Of a stretch of DNA of 64,000 nucleotides, positions 53,980 through 64,000 are shown piece by piece. Location: assembly GCA_951406725.2 (NCBI GenBank), contig OX597816.1, positions 72,664,001 through 72,728,000 of the forward strand, given 5' to 3'. Numbering within the stretch: position 1 is the first letter of the stretch; each line of letters begins with the position of its first letter. The notes beneath the pieces were generated by a model that had not been told where the DNA came from, searched no databases, and saw nothing but the letters and a program-made list of their open reading frames with translations. The DNA comes from Octopus vulgaris. Its lineage: Eukaryota. Position numbers and translations under genes: made by a program.

Positions 53980-54290
53980 TTACTTTTGCAGTTATTGGAC
54001 TGCGGCCACGCTGGGGCACTGTCTTGAAGAGTTTAGTCGAATAAATCGACCCTAGAGCACACCTGGTGTTTAGTCTATCAGCTCTCCTTAGCTGAACTGC
54101 TAAGTTTCAGGGGATGTAAATTAGCCAAATCTGGTAGCCAAAGGGATGATGGGGTATAAGCAACAAACACCAAAATACACACACACACACAATATAAATA
54201 TATATGTATTCATGTGTGTATACATACACACACATATAAGCGATGGGCTTCCACACCACTTCCCATCTATCAAATTCATTCACAAGAATG
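53980..54290 (-). mobile_element. SINE family B, degenerate
   Basis: gactgcggccacgctggggcactg...tttagtcgaataaatcgaccc. Confidence 0.7.
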
Positions 54291-54494
54291 GTTCAGACGG
54301 ACCACACGCTATCTCATTCCTACAAGAAATGAAGGTTGGTTGAAAGGGAGTTAACAGCCTCTAATCATCATGCATGCGTCTAGCGTGCTGCAAAGAAATA
54401 CAAACAATCCAGAGACCGTGGTGGGCGTGGATGGAGCACTATGATATACAGCGTAGAATGGTTTTAAAAAATATTACATTCAAACTGGGAAAAC

Positions 54495-54755
54495 ACGTAG
54501 CTTAGTGATCAGTGTATTTTGCACATGATTGGATTGTAATGTCGTGAGTTCGTTTCTCTGCGGCGCGTTGTGCCCTTAAGTAATTCACTTTATTTCTACT
54601 CCAGTCTACTCAGCTGGCAAAAATGAGTAGTTCCTGTATTTCAAAGAGCCCGCCTTGTCACATTCTGTGTCACGCTGAATCTCCCTGAGAACTCTGTTAA
54701 GGATACACGTGCCTGTGGAGTACTTGGCCACTTGCACGTTAATTTAACTAGCAGT
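54495..54755 (+). mobile_element. SINE family C-like, degenerate
   Basis: gtagcttagtgatcag...gagttcg...gcgcgttgtgccct resembles the 52566 head. Confidence 0.55.
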
Positions 54756-54809
54756 GAGTGGGTACCACTTTCATCCAAACTGTTTAGAATTCAAATATAT
54801 TCAAACTCC

Positions 54810-54962
54810 ATCCATGGCTGTCAGGTTAAGAAGCACGCTTTCGAATCACGTGTTTTCAGGTTTAGTTCCACTCTGCGGTATCTTGAACAACCGTCTTCCA
54901 CTATAGCCCCGGGCAATACCTTATGAGTGAATTTGGTATACGGAAACTGCATCAAAGCCAAC
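54810..54962 (+). mobile_element. SINE family B head
   Basis: atggctgtcaggttaagaagc...gagtgaatttggtatacggaaactg. Confidence 0.75.
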
Positions 54963-55149
54963 TGTATACATACATATATAAACTATAAACATTATTACAG
55001 TAAAGTAGTGGTATTTTCTATACAATAGTATTATTTTCCAGCGTCATAAAGCACCATAAAAGTAGAGTTATAAAACTGGTACATTGTTGTGCCACTATTT
55101 CCTATTTATATATATAATTATATACAAACACCTTTAAAATTTTTTAATT

Positions 55150-55562
55150 GTTTCAGCTTCAAAGCTGCGGCCATGCTGGGACACTACCGTTGACTGTGCT
55201 ACACCATTATTTGAAACCTCCTCTGATATGTGGAATTTAGTGAATGAGGGAGATTGATGCCACTGCCCTCATCTGTGTTTCCTGCCGTGAGGTAGGCTCA
55301 TCTGGAACCGTTGGCAGGAAAAGAACCAGTTTTGTTTTGAAGATACCTAAATTCACACCATGCAGGTCTCTGAGGCATTTTCGAAGGATATTGAAGAGCT
55401 ATGGGCCCTTGAAATCCTTCCTACTGCAGAGTCTGTTCCTGCATTTTGATGGAGATGCTTGGATCTTTGGCATTATGCATTGGCACCCCGTCCTGCTGTT
55501 TGTGGAACTTTCAATGTCAAAGTTTGTTACCGGTTGTCCAGTGGTGATGGGGTGGGGAACAA
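55150..55562 (-). mobile_element. CR1-group LINE 3' end fragment
   Basis: Homologous to 29577-29940. Confidence 0.8.
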
Positions 55563-55736
55563 ACACAAACTAAAAGACACACTCTCACACACACACATAC
55601 ATGTATATATATTATACACATACATACATGTACATATATATTCATATATATACATCCATCCAAGGATTATATATATATACTCACACACAGACACATATAT
55701 ATATATATATACATACATACACACACACACATGCAC

Positions 55737-55904
55737 ACGATGAGCTTCATTTAGTTAGTTTTCGTCCACAAAATTTACTCGTAAGGCTTTGCTCGGCTAG
55801 AGGCTATAGTAGAAGACACTTGCCCAAGGTGCCACGCAGAAGGACTGAACTCTGAACCCTGTAAGTGGGAAGCAAACTTCTTACAACACAGCCACGCCTG
55901 CGTC
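55737..55904 (-). mobile_element. SINE family B head
   Basis: agaagacacttgcccaaggtgccacgcag...acacagccacgcctgcg. Confidence 0.85.
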
Positions 55905-55977
55905 TACATTTTATTCTGGCTGTGTTAAAGTTTGCGTAATGTTACTTTCAATGTACGAAAGGTAGTAAATAGAACTA

Positions 55978-56047
<70 letters not shown>

Positions 56048-56946
56048 GAGATAGAGAGAGAGAGAGAGAGAGAATACAGAAAAGAACCGACTGGTGTAAC
56101 TTTGACCAGTGGCTGGTTTAAAAGAAACACACTATGGAAAGAAAGAAGGAAAGAAATGGAGGTGTAAAACGATCGAAACTGAGAGAGATAGCGAGCGGTA
56201 GAGAATAAAAAGGCAAGGAAAGTACGGAAGACGAAACGGAGAAAAGAAGAAAAGAAACAGAGGAAGAAAGACATTGAGATAGAGAATAAACGGAAAGAAA
56301 TATACGGAAGAAGAAAAGGGAATAGATGGAAGAAAGGAAGATAGAAGTAAACAAAACAACGAGATTAGAAAAGAAATGGAAAAGAAAAGAAGGGGTTTCG
56401 GAATTGATTCAATTAAATTTGGGTCTCTTTGGGGTAAGGTTAAAAGGCTGGAGGTAAAAATTGGCATTATGGAACTCCTTGTTATTATTCTGAATGTAGA
56501 ATTTGAGGCGTTCAAAGCAACGAACTAGATCGCTGCCTTCCCTTTGTTAATTATTCATGACCCACAAGGCTTGTTTTGCTTTGTTTTTTTTTTTTTTTTT
56601 TTTTTTTTTCAGCAGCGAACCAAATTTGGAGGGGAGTTACCCCCAAATGTATTATTGGTTGTGTAGTGTTTGAAAAAAAAAAAAAAGAAAAGAAAGAAGA
56701 AAGAATTTACAAACGTGAACACATATTGGAATTTTTAGAGATTCTTCACAATAGGGAGGCTGACTTATTGAAAACGAACACAAATAAGAGGATAATGATG
56801 GTGAAAACGAAGTATGAGTAAGACGATGACGACAACGATGATAAGGAGCAGTAGTGCTGAAGGAGAATGAAACTGGGCGATGGTATGTCATTGGTTCTTT
56901 TATCAATTTGATGGCGATGATATGAAAATGATGATAATGATGATAA

Positions 56947-57012
<66 letters not shown>

Positions 57013-57014
<2 letters not shown>

Positions 57015-57508
57015 GCCCTGATGTAGTACCAGAAAGTGACTCTCATGGCTTCTTATCTTAACTGATTGGGAGTGTGATCATGCACATTATTTTGTCTCGG
57101 TATAAAAGATGGGCTACACCAAATATTCTGCTCAATACCACCGATTTGCTTGCTAGTTGCTTGACCATAACTAGTTGAGCATGTCCCTTAGTGATCACGA
57201 GCAGAGTTAGTGGGGGAGCATCAAAGCCATGTGTTGAGAGGGATTCTTAGGGGTTTGAATAATTCACCTCTGTAAACATCGGTGTTTCGTTGAGCGAGAT
57301 TGGTTACTCGACCAGAAGAAAATTCTAAGTGGGCCCCACCTGCATGGTCATGTGCTGTTTATCTTGATATAAGATCACCATGTCGCGCACATATGGTTGT
57401 GATGCATGTGCCTGGTGTACCCTTATCAGACGGGTAGTTCTGATGGGTATACTGAGGTTCGTATATTTTACCTCAGTGTCACTTTGATGGCATGCACCGC
57501 TCTCTTAC

Positions 57509-57509
<1 letters not shown>
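57013..57509. mobile_element. About 500-bp unique element embedded in (AAT)n
   Basis: Pure (AAT)n in the same orientation on both sides; no convincing ORF. Confidence 0.45.
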
Positions 57510-57555
<46 letters not shown>

Positions 57556-57556
57556 C

Positions 57557-57768
57557 GTTTCTACTATAGGCACAAGTATTGGATTTTGTGGGGGAGGGGA
57601 CAGTCCATCATATCAACCCCAGTACTCAAATGGTACTTGATTTACCGACCCAGAAGTATGAAAGGTAAAGTCGACCTCGGCGGAATTTGAACTCAGAACG
57701 TAGCGGCAGACGAAATATCGCTAAGCATTTTGCCCGAAGTGCTAAAGATTCTGACAGCTTACCGCCAT
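57557..57768 (-). mobile_element. Full SINE family A with AAT flanks
   Basis: Head, central domain and tail all present. Confidence 0.9.
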
Positions 57769-57789
57769 ATTAATGATAATAATAATCAT

Positions 57790-57940
57790 CTCTTTTATAG
57801 GCACAAGGCCTGGAAGTTTGAGGAAAGGGACTAGTCGATTGCGTCGAGCACAGTGTTCCCCTGCTCCTTATTTTATCGACCCCTAAATGATGAGAAGCAA
57901 GGTTGTCTGGCGTACTGACGGTTTTTCCAGCCAGCCGCCT
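57790..57940 (-). mobile_element. SINE family A, internally deleted
   Basis: ggcacaaggcctgg...gactagtcgatt...ccagccagccgcc. Confidence 0.75.
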
Positions 57941-58566
57941 TAAAAGTAATAATGATAATAATAATGACGATGATGATGATGATGATGATGATGATGATAA
58001 GAGTGTTGATAAGAGGAATTTAAATAAAAAGTAATGGCAACAGTAAGCTTGAGAAGGAAGAGGAGAGGAAGGCATAGATGCGCGTGTGCGCTCCACATAT
58101 TCACACTCACACAATTACACACAAATACACATATACGTGTGTATATATATGTATACATACATACATACATACATACATACATACATACATACATACACAC
58201 ACACACACTTATATATATATATATATATACGTGTAACTTTATCCGTTTTTCCGTCCTTGTTATTGTATACATTCACTGCTTTCTTCCAAGGAATCTAACG
58301 CTCTTAGCTTAGCTTTTCGTTGGGGCTGGCCAGATTGGAGCAATCTCAAGAATAATCAGCCGAAATTGCGGGGATAATCTGGTGCTTCACTGAGGAAAGA
58401 AAACTTCGAATGACCCGTCTTTGTTTTCTTTGTCTCGTCTATCTGGATGTTTTGTTGTCCCTTTTTGTATCATCAAGCTACCCGGATGTTTTGCGTTCTT
58501 GTCCCATTTTGTATTTTATATATATACATACACACATACATACATACATACATACATACATACATG

Positions 58567-58653
<87 letters not shown>

Positions 58654-59136
58654 TGCATACATGAACACAACATATATATGCTTGTATACATGCACACACA
58701 GACACACACATTTAGGGGAGAGAGAAAGTGAGGAAGAGAGAGATAGAGGGACAGAGAGAAGTAGTATAAATGGAGGAGATGAAAAATGGTAGATTGGGAG
58801 AGAAAAGGAAAAATTAGAAATATAAGTGATGTGTTTATCTGTGATTAAGTGTGTGTGTGTGTGTGTGTGTATGTGTGTGTGTGTGTGTGTGTGTGTTTGT
58901 TTGTTTATTTGTGTGTGTGCGTGTGTTGTAGAAATACAGTGAGAAAAGGGAGAGGCAGAAACAGAGGAAAGAATATGGAGGACATGTATCAGTGACATGA
59001 ATATAGCGAAGAAGAAAGAAATACAGGCAAAAGCGAGACGGGAGATATGTAAACAGAACGAAACGAAAGCAAAGGTAAATTCATAAGAAACCAGGGAAAA
59101 AGAACGAGATTGTACTGCATACAAAATTCTACTGAA

Positions 59137-59392
<256 letters not shown>

Positions 59393-60519
59393 ATCCGCTA
59401 AATATATACAAATACACATATGTATATATGCGTAAATGTGTGTATGTGTGTTCAAAGATCCGGCAAAATTCAAGTGCGTTTATGTATGTGTGTAACTTCT
59501 GTGTGTACTGAGAACTGAGAAGGAGAGAGAGAGAGAGAGAGAGATAAAAAGAAAGATTTATTGAGAGAGAGAAAGAAAGACCGAGGAGAAAGACAGAAGA
59601 AGAGAAAGAGGGGGAGAATTGAGTTGGGAAAGGAACTGGCTGAAGTAAGAAAAAAATAATATACCAAGAACGACAACAACAAATATAAAAAAGAAAAACA
59701 GAAATAAAGAATGAACTAAATGAAACATAAAAAAAATAACATAAAAAAAGCAGTTTTCAGCGTTCTTGGCATTGACCATTTTAAGTTAAGAATCGATTCA
59801 TTCGTTGCCCGAGATAAAGAAACATGTCTGTAAGAACAAGGAAGAAGCAAAGAGCGATTGGACACGATGGTGTATTTATGTGAAAATATCTTCACTGTGT
59901 GAATAATAGCGACCGTACCATATAACTATGGAAAGCCGTTCGTGCGAGAAAATTCTATGGATTGTAATGGCGACTACTTAGGTGCCTCTTCGTTTTTTCT
60001 TTAATATTTTTTGTTCCCTTTATTTTTATGCGTATGTGCTTTTGTAGTTTTTTGTGTTTTTTTTTGTGCGTATGTAACATTTATAATGTTTATGAGTATG
60101 TGTGTTTGCATGCGTTTCCATACATGCATGCCTATATGGACATACACATACACACATGTATATTCAAGTATCTATGTCTACACACACACACATATTTATA
60201 TATACATGTATATATATATACATACATATATGTATGTAAGTAGATATGTGCGTATGTATATGTTTATGTATATACTTATACATATATGCATATATATGCA
60301 TATATATATGTATGTATGTATGTATGTATATGTAAGCATGTGTGTGTATATACATATATATATATGTATTTATATATATATATATTGGTATATATTTATA
60401 CATATATATGTATGTATGTGTATATGTATGTGTGTATGTATGTATGTATGTATATATATATATACATATATATACATATATATATACATATATATATACA
60501 TATACATATATATATATAC

Positions 60520-60632
<113 letters not shown>

Positions 60633-61094
60633 GTGGTAATTTTTGCTTTGTTTCTCTTTCCTTATACTTTGCCATCGGAAGTAACTTCTATGAAGCAAAA
60701 AGAAAAAGACGAAAAAAAAAATACCAAAAACAGAAATAATCCCCCCCACCACCACCACCAAAAATAAGCAAAAAAAAAACAAACAAAAAACAAAAACAAC
60801 CACTAACAAAACAGAAGAAAAGAAACAAATTTTAAAGTTTCTTTTGAAGCTAACAAATGGTGGTTAACGTTATATTTTACCTTGTATTTTATTTTTGTGT
60901 TTTATTTATATATTATTTATTCTTATTTCTTTGTGTTTTATTTAATCTCTTGTTTTCTTTTCTTTTATTCCTTCCTTTTTGCAGCATTTCTTGTCGTATT
61001 TTCTTCTCCTTACTCCTGACTATTTTTTGCTCTCCCGTAAGATTTCCTTTATCTTTTGGCATTCGTTTTTTGGTCGGTACCATTATTGTTATTA

Positions 61095-61150
<56 letters not shown>

Positions 61151-61404
61151 TGGTGAAAGTTCTTTTATTGATTTATATTCTTCTATTTGTCCCTGATTCT
61201 TAATACCATTATGGTAAGTTGACGTTGGTCTTTGTTGTTGTTGCTGTGGTTGTAGTGGAGTTGAGGTGGAGTGCTTCTGGTGCTACTGGTGATGGTGGTA
61301 TTGGTAGTGGTGGTGGTGGTGGTGGTGGTGGTGGACGTAATAGTGTTAACTGCAGCTGTGTTACGCGTGGTGCTAAATGTTGTGTTGCTGACGTCGTCAA
61401 CGCC

Positions 61405-61408
61405 TCCG

Positions 61409-61486
<78 letters not shown>

Positions 61487-61505
61487 GTTGCTGTTGTTGT
61501 TGTAG
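61405..61505. repeat. (GTT)n microsatellite
   Basis: Direct reading. Confidence 0.97.
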
Positions 61506-61607
61506 TGGTGGAAACGGTGATTCGTATATGGATGGCAGAAATTGAATGTTAGAAGAAACATATACGGTGTATTCTCGTAAACGGATAAATAGAAAGGTAT
61601 TGATACA

Positions 61608-61655
<48 letters not shown>

Positions 61656-61793
61656 TGTGTATGTGTATGAGTGTGTGTGTGTAGTGATTGATTGATTTCG
61701 TTTGATTCCATTCATTCATTCATTGATACATAGATAGATAGCCTACTATATGAATAGACAAATCGTTTTTGATACATTGCATAAATATATATG

Positions 61794-61874
<81 letters not shown>

Positions 61875-62075
61875 GTATATATATATGTATATATATATAT
61901 ACATATAGACTGGTAGATAGATGAATAGAGATATACATAAATGAATAGATGGACAGTTAGATATGTACAAGGGTTAAATAGATGGCTAGGTATGTACATA
62001 GGTAGATAGACAGGCAGACAGGTAGATAGGTAGATAGATAGTTAGATAGATACATAGATAGATAGGTAGAAATAT

Positions 62076-62151
<76 letters not shown>

Positions 62152-62157
62152 GCAGAC

Positions 62158-62219
<62 letters not shown>

Positions 62220-62394
62220 ACAATGAGAAATTTACACAACTACATTAAAGCATATGATAGGTAGTGAGATGACAAAATTGCCGGCCGAATGGAAAGGTGT
62301 GTGTATATAAATATATATATATAGATATATATATACAGGTGTTTGTATACATACACACTCAATCACACCCACACACATACTCACATAATTATCT

Positions 62395-62439
<45 letters not shown>

Positions 62440-62927
62440 CGCGCATTCGTACATACATAGATGCAAATGTTATCGCACACACCTACACATGCATGTATGC
62501 AAATGTCCGAGCGCGTGTATATGCGAGCGAGCGAGCGTGCGTGGGCGCGTCTGGACACACAGCACTACTGCATGTGCGTACATCATTTTTGCTTTCCCAC
62601 CATTAAAGCATTACACTGCAGAATTCAAGCCAATCACCAATAGTTTGTCGAGGCTTCTTTCGTTGAAACAAGACAGTTCCTTTCGTATGTTCCGCATTCG
62701 AGACTCAACTGGAAGTTTGCAATCCTCAGACATATCTCTCATGGTCATTGAAACACGTTATCTCATCGCAATAAGTAATGGAACTTGTGGTGGATGTCTG
62801 TGTTAGTCATATACACATATTTCGTTGTATGTATATATTCACTCAAAGATACTTAACAGGAAAATCATTAGAATATCATAAGAATTTTCACTGTACCAAA
62901 AACCGCTTTGATTTAGGGGAATACGAA

Positions 62928-63029
62928 GCTGTAGTAGAAGAGACCTGCCCAAGGTGTCACGCAGTGGGACTGAACCAGGAACCATGTGGTTGGTAAGCAA
63001 GCTATTTACTACACAGTCACTCCTGCGCC
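62928..63029 (-). mobile_element. SINE family B head
   Basis: tgcccaaggtgtcacgcagtgggactgaaccaggaaccatgtggttggtaagc...ctcctgcgcc. Confidence 0.9.
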
Positions 63030-63698
63030 TCATATATATATATGGCTTATCAGTCCATTAAATGCTTCATAAAAATATATATGTAAAATAAATATTTCGA
63101 TATGAGAGGCAAACATACACATTGAAACAATACATGTTCAGCAATATTTAAATCGTACAAATTTACACATACAGGATCAATTCGTCGTATCAGTGGCTCT
63201 AATATTAAAACTCACGAAAATACATGGAGAGTTGGAAGGGAGAAGTCCAAATTAAAATCCAAATGTGGCGATTAACGTATACATCCTACGGCCGTTTCAG
63301 ATACATAATGGTTAGAGTAAATATCGATTTAAAATCCATTCCAGTATCGAAATTTCCTTCCTCGGGGACACTAATGTCTCATATGGATCACATTTGGTAC
63401 TTTTGTTCACAGACGTCGAAGTTCAGTTACATTATACAATTTCGTGTTTTATATAAAATCGATCGGATGAATTAGATAAAAGACGAGTTGAATAGAAATA
63501 AAACGATTAAGACGAATTCAGAATATATGATGGGGGTGGGGTGAAATTAAAAATACGGGTTTTCCCGAAAAATATTCTAGTGGTGAAATGGTTTTTCTTT
63601 TCCTTCTTTAAAATGTTTAAAATTTTTTATTTATTAGGGATTTATTGTTACTTAACGAAAGGATTTAAATATGGATAGGTATTTATGGTTATATAAGA

Positions 63699-63749
<51 letters not shown>

Positions 63750-63854
63750 GTATATATGTATGTATGTATGTATATTATATATATATGAATACATATACAT
63801 ATATGTATAGATATACATATATGTATCTGTATAAGTATATATGTATATATATGT

Positions 63855-63896
<42 letters not shown>

Positions 63897-64000
63897 ACAT
63901 ATATATGTATATATATATATATGTATATACATATATGTATGTATTATTATTACTCAGTCAGACACACATATATGGATAGACAGACAAATAGACGAACAAA

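Noticed and set aside
61271-61715. Poly-Q, poly-T and poly-V ORFs
   Set aside because: (GTT)n and (GGT)n microsatellites flanked by (TA)n; no splice or domain evidence.

Overview
AT-rich animal genomic DNA saturated with microsatellites ((TA)n, (CA)n, (GA)n, (GATA)n, (TACA)n, (AAT)n, (CAT/CAC)n). The repeat set (tRNA-derived SINEs resembling octopus OR/OK-type families) suggests a cephalopod, probably Octopus; this is inference. No host protein-coding gene is supported, and almost all ORFs in the track are microsatellite translations. The complex sequence is mostly mobile elements: Tx1/L1-clade LINEs (two 5'-truncated ORF2 copies, an ORF1-only derivative and an internally deleted tandem copy), a young CR1-group LINE plus several 3' fragments, an R4/Dong-type endonuclease fragment, a mariner relic, Helitron-like elements, MITEs and more than 25 SINE pieces. 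Main finding: a (TA)n-embedded tandem and inverted array of a 491-bp unit (10716-12481) with three complete type I hammerhead ribozymes that have an unusually long stem II, i.e. a retrozyme-like element able to release 491-nt monomers. A diverged relative at 33721-34165 keeps the hammerhead with a fully compensated stem I. One SINE family also appears with two alternative LINE-derived tails.
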